DNA of 64,000 nt, taken from the NCBI GenBank assembly GCA_002633005.1, contig NMRA01000372.1, positions 273,058 to 337,057 of the forward strand, read 5' to 3'. Shown here piece after piece: positions 36,301 through 51,300 of the stretch. The position numbers and the translations under genes are program-made. The notes beneath the pieces were generated by a model. It was not told where the DNA came from and did no database searches. It worked only from the letters and a program-made list of their open reading frames with translations. How positions within the stretch are numbered: position 1 is the stretch's first letter; every line of letters begins with the position of its first letter. Source of the stretch: Phoronis australis (taxonomy: Eukaryota; Animalia; Phoronida).

Positions 36301-39300
36301 ATTTTAGATAACAATTTTCATTGTCGGAGATGTGGAAATGGAACTCGGTAAACCAGATAAAGTGACATCTTGTCAAGTAACAATACGCGTTTGTAGGAGC
36401 ATGGTTTTTATGTTCAGCTTGACTACAGTAGATGCAGAGGTTGAACTCATCCTTGATTGATCAATAAAAAACCAGATTTCATGTATGGTTTGTCACACTC
36501 CTAGCTGTCACTCCATATTGGAGGCAAACGATATGGTGGTAGCCTATTTACTACCAAACATTTGTTGAAACAAGCGTAACTGAACTAGAATAGCTTTTAA
36601 TATCTAAATATCATGCAACAGGATCTTTGAGACATACTGATTGTCAGATTGGCCACGTTTTTTTTACCCAAATTAGTGATTAATTAGTGATTGATTTTTC
36701 AGTTAAAACTTTTAACCCATGGAGAAGTTGGAAGAGTTAAAAGGAAGACGATAGAATCATAGAATCCGCTGGACTACCTGTATTTGGTGTACACTTTCCG
36801 CCCCCCGGACGACACTGGATGAGAGAGGGCAAACTTGCTGGGCGAAACCTCGCCAAACTTGCTACAAACTAACCCTATAGAACATATCCCCGCCTTAAGT
36901 AGTCCGAATCGTCTGCTCAACTAATTATCAGTAACGCATACTTAATGAACAGTCATTGTATAAGAGTACACGTATCTCGCTCCAAATCCCGTTTCACACG
37001 CGTTATACGAACAGTGCGATGATAATCTACCGTACTAGATCAATGGGACCGGGTCTAATTTATTATAATTATTCAAACCACAATATTTCTTCAGTTTTAA
37101 AGCCTCATACAGTGCACTTGTGCTGCTTCTTGATAAAGCTGAAGTGATTACCAATTACGTTTGCGAATTGTTATTTTTCCTGTTGACCTACATGATAGAA
37201 ATGTCTGGGGATCAAAACGAAGTGCTCCCTTTGTTTGCATTTGATTTCTTTATGTGTGAAACTAATTTTAGAGCTTTCTTAAGAAGGCCTTTGAAAAGTT
37301 TTAAATTTTTGTGTTAACTTATCTGTAACGAAAGTACCACATGCAATCAAAGTATGCTTTCAATCGTAGCTAGCTGTATAAGAATCTGCTACGCACAAGA
37401 TTTGAGATTAAACAATAATCAGTGTATTCAAAAACAAAATGACAAACTAAACAACCACATACATACAAAGCAGCAACATTTTTTGCTAAAAACAATTGTA
37501 ATTTTCTCATTGCAACAGAGTCCATAATCAGGGATATCAAGGGCTGACTTTCTGAATTGTGAGGTTCAATTCTCTCAGGTTATTGCTGAAGGACTGCTTT
37601 TCACTTTGTCGAAAGGTAAAATAAACGCTAAGGCGGCTGGTCTCAGTCGTTTTCTCTCACCTGTTACAGAATAGTAAGAGAAATATTAGCAAATTATAAA
37701 AGAAAACACAACACAAAACTTCTTTTGTAAGGCAGAACTTACTCGACATTTTATCTTCATGTTTATATGTAGAAACTAATGATCTTTGTACCCAAGCCTT
37801 ATTTAAGATCTGAATTAATATGTGAAACAGGCTAAAAGTGATTTAAGAATGTGCATTTTTCATGACACCTAACATGTGTCTCTGATCTCAACAAATAAAA
37901 TTCATTCTAGGTGTCAATATCTATTCCAATGCATTGTTTCGAATTTATTAAATAGCTCATTCATGTTAATTCGGTAATTATAATCTTGTAGTCCAGGGGT
38001 TTGGGTCCCCTATAAAATAAGGAAACCCACTCATCTAGAGAAATTGATTGGACATTGCATAGTTTTGAAGGGTAGCTGTTGTGAAAAAGTCACCCTTGAC
38101 TTCTGAGTGGCACGATCCATACACCTCTTATTTTGGAAGCACTCCCATCCAGGACAATATGTGAATAATGTGCTGCTAGCCTACCACCCGGGTCCCGGGT
38201 GAGTTTCTGAAGAGAAACATTTAGTTTCAATGAATAAACCCGTTATTCAGTGGGGCAACTGGTGGAGATAACATCACTGAGCGATGTTGATAGAAACTAA
38301 TTGCTAAAAACTTACCAAGTAACGTGATTATGTAGTGTCTCAATGGAAATGCATAGAGCACACACAGAGGGGGCGTGAGGCTTCGGCATGACACACTTTT
38401 TGTCACTTGGTTGACCCTTTTGACCGCAAGTCTCCACGCCTGTAGTAACCTTAGGTCTTTTGGGAATTTGTGACCACCTGTCAAAGATTTTCTCCCGGGA
38501 AAATAGCAATAATAAGGCTTAGCGCGACGACGTAATTTGATAACAATTCCGTCTTTTTACCAGCTGTTTACATACAGACAGCGACGCATGCGCAATTCAA
38601 TCACCACTAGTACAGCAGCGACACCGCGTCGAATAGCGCCATTACGAGCGCATCAAAGCATAGCATGTACTTAGAGGAAATACACCTGTAAATAACAGTC
38701 ATGTGCACATTGTATATTCTCAGAGATTTTGTGCTTCTGCTGATATGAGATATGAAAATGTTTTGAAATAGTTGTATAGAGCGTAAGACTATTTGTGTCT
38801 TAAATCGTAAGACACAATCATGAAACAGAATACATTCATTTAGGCTGAGTACAACGATTATATAAACAATTAAAAAAGAACTCTGTCATGAGTGATTACG
38901 ACTAAAAAGTATCTCAAAATACAATTTGAAAAAGATTTCCTGTTTACCTTTGGTACAGGGTTGACGCTTGATTCCTCCACGTATTTGTAGACAAATCTTT
39001 CTTTCGCGATTTGCAGTTTGAATTTGTGAACGTAGTTAGTGTTGTCGCCTTGTAGCAGGACTGCAGTGATGAGAGTCAAATTACCCATGCACAGCTGACA
39101 AAGGAGGAACAACAGGAATATCAATACAGTGTGTAGGCATCAGTGCCCGGTTGCATGAAACAGCCCCAAATAGGGACTCAACGAAGTTCCCTAAATCTAC
39201 TGCTAATTTTTGGACTTGTGAAGACATTAATTGCCCTTTCTTGTATTGTTTTAGTTTCATTACTAAGTCAACTTTTGACTTTGATATAAATCAAGAGCGA

Positions 39301-42300
39301 ACTCTACGTTGAGTTGTCAATATTATCGAAAATAGAGATATATCCATGAAATAACCCCAATTTAAGGACTATGTCCCTATTTATTTTCAATGAATTCTGG
39401 GCTCAGTTTTTAGTAATATTATTAGAAAATGTCAATAATCATAGATGAGTTCATAATCAAGACGAATTGATAGAAAAATATTTCATCTGTGTGTCCATAA
39501 AGACACAAATACGCAAAAATATTTAAGGACCTCAGCTGAGGCCCAAATTGGGACTGTTTCATACAACCGACCACATGTTCTTAATCTTGACTGCAGTATG
39601 TTCAAACTAGGAAAATGGAAATGATGCTGTGCAAATTGATCTTTGAGACAGTCCTTCAGACTTGAAGTAATGGAGGTCCCTAGAAAAATGTTCTTGTTTG
39701 GTAAACTTCGGAACACCATATCTCAAAAATGTCGGATTGGATTCATATGAAACTTCCAAATACTATGGTTTTGTGCATTGTTGTCTAACATCCTGTTAGG
39801 ATTGTTTTATAGTGATCCATTTGTACATAAAAGGCTACGAAAATAAGGCTTTTGTGATTGTTCGTTTTGAAACTCAAATATTGCATTAAAGGTAAACGAA
39901 ATGATAATTCAGAAAACTGTAACAGTGTTTTTGAGATTTCATCTTGATCAGTTCTTTCCAACAAAAATTTGCTTTGTTATTGATACCGTTGTTTTGTTAT
40001 GAATGTGTCTTTCACTTTGGCAAAATTTTATTAAAAAACATTGTCATGCGGCAGTTTGTTGTAAAGTCAAACATCAATCTTGATTCAGTTTCTACTTTCA
40101 TAAATTTTTTACTTAAAGGTTATCCAGGACTTTTTCGACAAGTCAGCCAAACATCTACAAAAATAGAGCAAACCAACGCCGAGAGTTGAAATGCGGCCAA
40201 GATTGCACCGCAAACGGTTTGCGTCCAGGGGTGTTTATTTGCATCATAAAATTAATATCCTGCATACGGTTTGGGAGACATAGCCATAGACGCAAAAACT
40301 GCCATAAGGAGACGCCACAGTATTCTGAGTCGTCCGAAAATCCTCATCAGCCGGCCTCTTCACACTATAAACACAAACACCACCTCCTTGGAGTGTTTGG
40401 TTGACAGAGGGCAGACGCCAAAAACATGCAAGAAAACAGTAAAAATGGTGACTACAAGGTGCAAAATATGTCGAATACATCCGAAAAGGGAATTATGCCA
40501 TCGTTTCTTTAGTAGAAAGCTATTTATCAAATTTCATAAAAATCCACCAAAGAACGTCAGAGAAACAGTAGAAAACGGAAAAAAATTAAATTGCCGCTAG
40601 GAGGCAAAGTGTTCGTCCGATCCGTCTGAAAGTCGTCGTCTTCCGTTTTCAACTTCATATCAACACACTTGCTAAATTTAATTATAATCCTGTTGAGGGT
40701 TTAGGAGATACTGTACATGTACATCCATGGGCGTAAAAAACTGCCACTAGGAGGCGCCAGAGTAGTCGAAGTCGTCGAAAAATTACCGTCAGCCGTTTTC
40801 TTCACAGTATGAATAGATATGCCAATTTTCACAATCATCCTTACAGTGGTTTGGTAGATAGATGGGCGGACGCCATAAGACAAACTCGAAAATAGTAAAA
40901 ATGACCAATGGAAGGCGCAAAGACCTTGAATCCATTTGAAAACGAGCTTTGATTTTGTAACAATCTGCCTCTAATTATATCACGTCACCTTACTTTTTAG
41001 GAAAATTTAGCAAAAGTGAAAGGTACACACTTAGCAAAACAATAAGACAAATAGCATGATCAAATTTCGAGATAAATGTTCAAGATAAAATCTCAAAAAC
41101 CTGCTGCACTTTTCTGAACAAGTGGTCTCGTTTTCGCTTTATGCAACTTTTTTCCTAAAAACTATAAAAGTCCTATTTCTGATAGCCCTCGTGCAAAAGT
41201 GCAGTATTTTGAAACCAGTTTCCGGCATTTTGAGAACAGTGTATCAAGCATAGAACATGTATTTGGAAGTCTCATGAAGTTGAATGTCTAGAAGACTACT
41301 TTTAAGGGGGGGGGGGGGGATTNNNNNNNNNNNNNGCGAGCTTCACAAGAGCAAATTTCGAAGTCAAACGGATTGAACTCAAGGCTGCACTGTGTATTAT
41401 CAATAACAAACTGAGAAATATGCGTAGAGTTCTGTACTTGGCAAATACAAATAGAAACAGAGGTTACGGCAACATTAGCAGTTACTTAGCGCGCTCTATA
41501 GGCCTACCTATAAATAGCCGTTTGGTACTATTCCAAGTTTTATAAACCTGAAGATGTTCTATAAAATTAGGAAACTGGAGAGTTCAAGGGACGTCATCGC
41601 CTTCAGGATCGAAAAATGACTTTTGGGGGCTTATTGATGGGTGAGATAATCTTCTTAAAGTCATTAGCTTGGGCCAGAGCTAAAAAACAATAAAACCCGT
41701 TGTGGTTTAGTATTTTATTACTGGTCACCAATTCTCGTTGTTGTCTAGATCTGCCATGCACTAACACCAAGTCTGGTGTCCTAATAACATTCAAAACATT
41801 TAACGGCAGGACATTCGGCTGCTACTACGCAGCTAGTCCGTTCGATTCCGCACAACTGCTCAGCTTGTGAAGGCCAGATAATGACTATTAACGACTTCAA
41901 GCATACAGCTGTCGCGTTCAGTCTCAAATATTTTGGACAAAATCAGTCCTACCTCAATGTACTCATCATCAAAGCCACGATCAAAGAGCCTAAACGGATT
42001 TGTAGACATGTATCGAACATCTGTAGCGAAAGTTTGTGACAACTTGGATTTGGGTGAAGACACGTCAATCTGACAGTCAAGCAGTCGATCTCTGACGCCT
42101 ATGTAGTCTTCCTGAGCTGTAAAGCAAGGTACAAGTAAGTTGTCTTGATTGCCTGCGACAACATTCTGGTGTGAAATAATGCTTTCTCGCTGGCGTATTC
42201 AGTGCTCGTTCAAACATATGTCGGCGTGCTCTTGTTTTTGTTCAATTGAAGTTCGTTACAATCAATCTGAGCAAAGGTCATTTGAGCCCTATTTTTATAC

Positions 42301-45300
42301 TCAAGTGGCAGGAATGAATATTTTTTGACTGAAACCGTAGGTTTATTCAGCCTGGGTATTATTTGCCTCATTTCGCATCAAAATTTATCGATGTGTGAAG
42401 CTACTAGAATAGTTTTGTCGACTTCGCGCTCGTCCCGTTGCGAGGTCACGGGTAAAGCTCACGTCACCCTTTGGCCACCGTTGACGATAAGTAAAAAGTT
42501 CCTTCAAGTTTTGTACCTATCAATTACTCGAGCACTTCGAAAATTAGGAGGTGTTGCACGCGATGAATTGATCCAAGGCTCGCCACTTTCTGAGAGTCTG
42601 CGTTTGCGCCTCCTGTTGACACACGTGAAAGCTTGCATGAACGCACGTCAACTTTCTTGACAGTCTTTGGTGCATGAAGCAGCACTTGGCAACCAGTGAC
42701 ACGCGATCAGATTAAAATTAATAATGTAACAAAATTCCAGTTATGAAAGGTATCAGTTAAAACATCGGTATCAGTTCCTGGTGCAGAAGTAAAATAAAGA
42801 TGGTTTATTATTTTGACAAAGCGATTACTACATGTATGTATGACATTGGTATATTTCTGTTATGTTACTTTTTTGCAGAACAAGAATTTTCCAATACGTG
42901 CCTGCAATCCACAGATCGAAAGCAATGTCGTAAAAATCGGTGGCCGTGCAAGAATCCCATGTAGTAGGCTCAGTAAACTCCATCGCGGTCACGTTGCTGC
43001 GCTTGACGGTGCAGTAACTGACGTCGACTGGAATCGTGATCGGTTTGTACTCGTTTTCTCCATCAACCATTCGCTGTTCGTCAACGATCACTTTGAATGT
43101 CAAGGTCACGTTGTCAGAGAAATAGAAGGGACCTGTCCACTAAATAAATCGAAATATCCACGTGACTCGTGTAAAACGAGATCATTTTAGTTGAAATTAT
43201 GTACAGTATGGATCAACATCATTTTGCTGTCTGGACGTTAAGGGTGCACTGAAAGTCAACCTCAGCACGCATGTGATGAGTTGCGGACGACATGTGTGCG
43301 CAGTGTTCCATTTATCTTATACTATATTCAAAGCAAATGCAGTAGCCACAAGAATCATGTATGTCTATTGACATCCCACTAGCGGCATGTACATTACGAC
43401 AAGACTTAATTCTCCTTCGTTTCAGAAGCCTAAGCTGTAATTTAGTCCTGTACCAACATTGCTGTATGGCTAAGTTTTTAAGGCATCAATATTTATAAGA
43501 TATAGCCTCACCTGAAATTTCACACCGAATCCAGTTTCTCGGATGATCACTTTGGGCGACGTATTTATGCCTGTGACGCTCAAAGTACTGTTCAAATATT
43601 TGATAAAAATAGGCTTGCGGAAGTACACGTTCATGTTATGGGCATGCGCACTCGACGTATTGGCGTGTTTAACACGTATCTGAACGTCCATCTCCACGCT
43701 GTAAAAGCAACATCGAATCTACTGAAATTGCGTAGAAAGCAGCATGTAAGGTACATACATGTATACCGAAGCTTTGTTTTATTGTTTCGATCACGAATTG
43801 TCTGCATCAGTCACAGATATGGGATCAGAGAACGATAAAACATACAGTATGCCGAAAGCCTACGGTGTACACACATGCAGGGGTCAAAAGCATGTAGCCA
43901 ACTCTCCAATTTGGCTCAGCTCTCTCACTCGAATATCGTTTTCAAATGTACTGAACCCTGACACCTATTGCAAGCGCCCAAACAAAAGAATAAAGTGAAA
44001 ATACTGCCGTGCTTGCATTATTGATACACTGTACACGATTAATTGACAATGGTTGTATATTCTTGGAATGGTTATGAAATTATGCATGTATTGATGTCAC
44101 GGTTTTGGCAACGTGTGACGATGGGACATGAATATGACATAAATTTGTCATTTACATTCAATACCTGCTTGGATCGACTCATTACGCAGCGAAGTCCAGA
44201 TTGCTGATTTCCATAAGTTTTCGTTGCTTATAATACAGCAGCAGCTGAAGTCAGTATAGTTTTGACGTCCGTAAACCCAGTTACAGTGATCGGATTTTTA
44301 TGATTCGAACACCGATTTTGGTTACTTTTTATGTTCTACGCATTTCTGAAGTTTTTCAAACACACAATATTATACTTTGATGGAAAGGGTTGTTAATCAC
44401 ATTTTGAGACCCTACTGGCAACGCTCACTTAATTCTATTCGTGCTTGGGAACACAGGCTGAATGATTATCGCTGACCGAAAGAAGTCCAAACGCCTCGGG
44501 ATTAGCGTTGACGATAACTGCAGGGGTATATGGACCTCGCAGTCAGTATAAATGACATACATAGCACGTGTTGTAGTTGCTGCTTACCCTGCACGTATTT
44601 CCATTCCCGTTAAGTTGCCAAAAGTGCCATTCACTTCGACTTCAAGGAGTGGTCTCTCGTCCCCAATTGGTTGTATTTCGATTGGCAAGTATTCGACATT
44701 CTTGTAGTTTGAGCCAGAAAGTGACACACTCCACGTTCTTTGTGTTGGCGTCAAGTGATAATAACTATCCGCCAGTCGTATGGTAGCGACGAGTTTAAGT
44801 ATATTGTTTTCCGGTTTGTCTATGCCATAGCAGTATTTTGTTGACGTTCCTGGAAACAGCAAGATAATGATAGATTCATATTAAAAGAAATAGTATCAAA
44901 ATTAATATCGAGATGGAATACATCTAGGCCATTAGAAAGAGGGCGGGAACGTCTGGCTCATCACACTCTCAATGCTCATTATACTTTAAAATAGCTTTAG
45001 AAAGAATTTTGTTGACGCAAGAATCTCTTTAAGGAAGCCAGTGTGATCACGTGCTTCATGTACATGTATAAAACATTGCGATATCGCTCGAAGTCTTGCG
45101 AGTTATTGCGTTTGAAATCACGATATTTTCCCCTCTGTATGGAACGCACGCCCAATGTACGGTTTCAAAACCTCTCCACAATTAGTGATTGAAAGTGAAA
45201 CATTTTGAAACACGTTTACTAACCTCCTGTTTGACAAACCGGTCGCGCTTTAGAGCTTTAGAAGACCTTGTGCTAGAAAAGGTGTATTTTTGTCCTATTT

Positions 45301-48300
45301 CCCTTGTCATCCTGCGGCGCTATTCTGTTATTGCTGGGCACAAGAAGTCCCCTGTGCTTTGCAATAGCTAGACCTCATGCTGGCGCGCGTACCGCACTGT
45401 AGACGCGAGAACCTCGCGAAAACGCAAGAACACACAAACCTTCACCGGATGTCACCAGGTATTACAAGATAAATTAGCGATCATACTAGCTTTCGTCGCA
45501 AAATTCTTGACGTCTCCGGAGCTTGGCCGTGTCAAGCAAACTGCCACAGGCGCTATGCGAGAGCTACCACAAGATGACAATTTGTTTCACGAGGGCATTC
45601 ACTCCACTGCTTATCTTTCAGGCAATTTCTTTACACTATATTTTCATGCACTACTGTGATATACATGTAAGACAATTGTTTCTGAATTACTTAGTATTGT
45701 AGTCAGGTTTGTTGTTTAATTTTGTCGGAATTTTTGGGGAAGTAAAAACTATACATTTTTGAAACCTCATGAAATGACAAATCAGAAAATAATTCATTCC
45801 ATTTTTTTTGGCATCCATCTTGGCGGTCATCTTGGATTTTCAAAAATGGCGCCGGTAAAATGGAGTTTGCCCAATATCTCCACTTTTGGGTAACTTAGAA
45901 TTTTGGTTCTTATGGCTACACCTGCATTTCTCAGGTCAAGGAATTGGAAAAATTAATTTTTGCGCCATCTTGGCGACAATCTTGGATTTTTAAAAATGGC
46001 GCCCGTAAAATACATTTTCCTCAGTATCTTTGCTCTTGTTCACTTAGAAAGTTAGTTTTAATGGCTACACCCACATTTATGTGGTCAAGAAATCTGAAAA
46101 TGCTACTTATTAAATGGAAAATATAATCAAAACCCCATTTATTAGCAGCCACATTTTATAAATGCATTCTTCATGTAATCCGACAAATGACCACTATCTT
46201 ACTTTCTTGTATATTTTGTTCGGAGCTTGTTTCCTTCAAGACACTTAAAACTAAACCAGTTCCTAAACAACTTATTTACGTTTGAAGAACATGAAAGTAT
46301 GTAGTTTCAATAGTCTTTCAAAACTTTGAAATCAGTTTTTAGATCATTACTATAGCCATCACTGTCACCAGGAATCACATCATTATCACCATTCTGATAT
46401 TCTGCACTATACTGACATAGATCTGTGTAAGATAGGTCCTTTGATCGGCAAGAGCATCTTTGGGAAGAGGAAATGTTTTTGCACTGGCATCTAACCATCT
46501 CAATGATAGCCTCTGGCACCGGAAGTTCCTCAGTTGTGAGTGTTTCAGCTGGTCATTTTTGTCCTTGTAAATTCATTCTGCAATGGATCAAGGAACTCCT
46601 GTCGAGCAATGACTGCCTGGCCCCACACCCTCAGCACATGCTGTTTCAAAGCACCAATGGTTGGTGGACGTTTGTCGCTGTCAGCCATATGTTTACAGAA
46701 GAGGTACCATCTCAGCTCTAAGATGCTATTTGTGTCTATACCCTGTGGTGAGTATGCACATGTAAAAGGGGCCGATGTGAAAAGAGGTTCACCTGTTACT
46801 TCATAAGCAGTACAAAAAAGTCTGCTGTGCATTGATATCATCGGTGTTTGCCTTCAAAATATATATCATGGACGGCGCACCGTAGGGGGCTGGGGGGCTA
46901 TGGCCCTCCCACTTTTTTAGTGGTACGCCTCACATGGTCTATAGACGATGAACCAAGGGGGACTTAGGGGGCTTTAGCCCCCACTTTTTTCAATGCTGCG
47001 CCGCCCATGCATATTCAACCTACAGAATGGACCAGTGTTGTCTATCCATGTAAAAGCATGGAAAGTAGGAAGAGCCTTTGCCCGGACAGCACCTAATATT
47101 GTCCATATTGGATTCACGTTCACAATCCCAGATGCCTTGGGGACTGAAGTATTTCTGAGAAGCCTGTCATAATAGGCAATGACGAGTACCAGTAAATCTA
47201 TGTCAGGTGAAAAGAAACATCAGCTGAGAATCAGGGACCTTTTGATGTGATGCCAGAACTGCATGATGTACAGGGTATTAGCAATACATCTGCTTTTCGT
47301 GATAGTTTTCTTCTAAGCGTCGGTTGCTCTTTGTGCACCCTGAAGCTTAAGTAATGGCTATCTTGGCAGAATTATTATATTCAAGTGTCTTTGCAGACAG
47401 ATATTTAGTAAGTTGAGCCTTTTTTGGTCATGGGAGAGGAAACGGCTCATTGGGATGATCTTTATGTAAGTCTCATCTCTTATCTGGTGCAGACTGTACT
47501 TGACCCTTTCTCTGCTTCCTTTTAGCTCTTGTGGCTTGTTTCAAAGAGTTGTCTTTGTGGGTGTCAAAAACCAGAATGATAGTGTCATAATCTCTAGTTA
47601 AGAAAAAGCACTTCCATGCTATCCACGCGTGCAGTTTGGTGGCTTGGGTGAACACACTCATTGGATGCTTTTTACATGTTTTCTGGGTCTAAAACCTCTC
47701 TTGCAGCTTGAGGACTGTCCTGTTCTAAGAGGTCTGCTTCGGAAAGTTTTTGCGGAAGGTGGATTCGATTCGATTTGTCTGTGCATGACAGCATTGCCCC
47801 ACTGGCAGCAAAGATTCCTCTTGGTATTAGAGTGAATTCATAGTGGCTGATAGCATGTTTCTGGTCAATTTGCCCAGCTGGCCACAACTCCTCATTGATC
47901 CTCAGCCTTGTTACTGCCAAGTTTATCTGCCATCCGACTTTCAAAGGCAAAATGCATTGCCGTTGAGTAGAGGAGAACTGGATTCCAAAGTGAACAGTGG
48001 AAATAATAACAAAATCTTCAAAAGATATGTCTCAAATACCTTTTTTAAAAAGATATAGATATACACTTTAAATATACATGAAGGTTAAACTGCGTTTCTG
48101 TGATTCCTTGAATTATCTGGGAGTTCGAATCTGCTATTAAATCTTTTAGATTATATGTATCATTTTAGAAATAGTGTTTTTCAATTCCTTACCCCACAAA
48201 ATGTGGGTGCAGCCAATAAACTATCATTCTAAGTGACCCAAGATCTGAGCAAAATGTATTTTACGGGCGCTATTTGTAAAATTTCAAGATGGCCACCAAG

Positions 48301-51300
48301 ATGGCCGCCAATAAGATTAAAATTTCCAATTCATTGACTTCAGAACTGCAGGTGTAGCCATAAAAACTAACATTCTCAGTGACCTAAGGTCGGATATATT
48401 GGACAAACTCCATTTCATCGGCGCCATTTTTGAAAATCTAAGATGGCCGCCAAGATGGCCACCGAAAAAATGGAATCAATTATTTTCTAATTTGTCATTC
48501 CATGAGGTTTCCAAAAATCTATAGTTTCCACTTTCCCTAAACAATTCCAACGAATGTCAAAATTTAGACATAGTGAACCTGACTATGTGTACAGTTACAG
48601 TGGGGACCACAATTAAGAACAAGGCCAACTTCATCAGGTTAAGCGGCGTTAAATCGTGCTTCGTTCCGCTAAGAAAACAAGTTTTGATTTAGGCCACTTA
48701 CTGTTGTGAAATTGATCTGAAATTGTTCATTAGTCACAATAGTCGCTTCTGGCTTGGACTTGAAGGAACTGGCTTTTGAAATTTTAGGTCAAATGGCAGC
48801 CTTATTTAACATTTTGTAAGCATGGTCAGAAGAAATGATGAATGTTAGCAGTTCTTCATGAGTCCAGAAATCACTTTCAAACCGAGTAGGGACACATTGA
48901 AACCAATTTATAACGGTAAGTGGTCTAAATTAAAAGTGTTTGTTGATTGAAAGCACGAATTTATAGCCACTTGAGTTGAATCATCACGTGAGTGGAGTTC
49001 ACGCCAATTCAAATCAAGTATTCACCGGAAAGTTGCAAGATGCGCATTCTCATACCCGCATTCGTGTTCAATTTTAGAATACTCACCAAGATTGGCAACT
49101 AGCCCGAGGCCAACAGTTCTTGACACTACCGGCGTCTGGCCGTTGAATTTGGAGTCCTGCTCATAGGCAAACTCCGTGTCGGCAGCGACATTCAAACCCA
49201 CACTCACAATCTCAATCGCCTCCACGTGGCACAGCATGTCATTGGCGTGCGGGGATGTGCAGTTCAATTCAAGACTAAGATTGTCCGTGCCCTTGCCTAC
49301 TGTGACATCTAGGATGAATTGCAGTGTGTCGCCCACGCGAGCGCTTGTGGTGTTTGTGCTGTTAGCTTTGGATAATGTGGCCGGCTCAGCTGTCTGTCGG
49401 ATAAAGAAGCAACGGGGTTTGAAGAGGCATTTCCTTCNCGGATTCACCGCTTCATGGATGATAACAAGAAGCATGAACACGAAGTGCACAGATGTGAGTC
49501 AAGGATGAAATTGAATAGTGGTGAGAGGGGAATTGACATTAATTTGGATTATTGCATAGGTGCTCCCCCCCAAAAAAATGAAGCAGCAACAGCGTGAAGC
49601 GAGAGGAAATATTGAGTTCAGTAACAAGGACCAGTAGCGGATGACGGGGTTTCAGACCCCAGAATGCGACTGAATGGTGTTTCCGTCCACCCCATTTTAG
49701 TCCACCGATAGATTTTCCGAACAGGATGTCCACATTCCCGGCCTCCGCAACTTTCGGGCCGCCTGTGCACATATAATCGCGCTTTGCCCAATTCCCCGAG
49801 GCAACATGTTGCTCCCCCTTATGGTATCCTAGATCCGCCATTGTGTTGTACTGTACACCTGTCCGCCTTGAACTTACAGTTAACGTTAAGGTTGAGATGT
49901 CCACGTTGTATGTTACAACCCCGATGACTTGCCCGTTTATAGTCAGGCCTCCACAGGTAGAAATTGTGTCGCCAACTGTAGCATTTTCTGACGTCATTAT
50001 AACTGCTTCAACTGTAACCTGCAAAATATTGATACAGGTTGATCAAGCACCGATTTTTGTGACATGACTTTTTGCGGATCTTAAAGGAGTACTAGGGGTC
50101 CTGCTTTTTGCGACCCTGCCTTTTCCCATCGCTTGAACTCTTTAATTTTGCCCAGTTTCCCAAATTCTTTAATTTCCACAAGGTTTCCATTTTAAAATGT
50201 GAGAAATGTCAACAACGTATCATTCAACTTATAACAAATCCCTTTTAACACAGAAAACTACAGTATCTAGCTTTCCGCAGTCAGAACCGGTCTGGCTTCT
50301 CTTGACTGACTTTGCCGGAGTCGTTGGATCAAAAGGCTGAGACATCTGATTGATCTGTAAGACGGAAGTCGTCATGGAGAACCAATCAGATGGCTTAACC
50401 GGCGAAAGCAATCGATTGCAGACACTGACAATGTTTAGAATGAGCGTCCACTTATATTGTTTGTAGACTGAAAATGCTAAACCTAAGTATGTACCTTTTA
50501 CGGACTGTGGATTTGTATCCAAGTGACAGCTACTTCCACTCAATTCATTTAAATATCGAATTTATACGTCATTCCTAAGCAAGATCATGTTATTCACAAT
50601 GTATTTTAATTGATCACTTTTCAGTAAACTTTTCGTCAATTATATTCACGGTGTAGGCAGACATCCAATTTATATAGAGCAAGTATATCACCTTATTGTC
50701 AGCATGACGTATTTCTGAACTGTTAGTCACAGCTGGCGTCTTTATGTTGCCCACGTAACCAAGATTCAGGACGCCCTTGTTGAAAGACGAAGACCCCGAC
50801 ACTGTGTCTTCCAAGGTACGATTTAGTACGGTGTCATTGACGCATGGTACGTTGTTTCCCGCGCACAGAACTCTTAGAGAGACGATTTTCAATTTCCCTG
50901 CATCCGTCGAGTTGCAAGGAGCCAAGATCTCCAACGTGTACTCGTAAGCAGTGGACGGGGGAATGTATATGTCAACAGTCAAGACCTTTGGCTGTCCTTT
51001 AGGTAGGGATCCATCCATTGACATGTCAACCAGAGGCAGGGCGTCCTGTGGAAAAAGAGCAATGATTGACTTCTTTCAAACGTACTGTTGTTGTATGTAC
51101 ATTTGTGCATACTTGATTTTTTCCGCACCTACAGGAAACTACTGATGAATTTGCGCACTGACGGAAAACTACTTGTGTTATTGCACTGTCAAAAAGTGGA
51201 CTAGCTTTTGAAACTGTTATGAACCCGTGTTATGTCAAAAATTAAATCATTCAAAGTTGCAAAACTAGTATCAATTGGAATTTGTTGATGACTCAAATAA

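Noticed and set aside
45224-45396. Candidate extra exon of the (-) strand gene
   Set aside because: Stops in all tested frames; the flanking exons 49087 and 44849 already join in phase.
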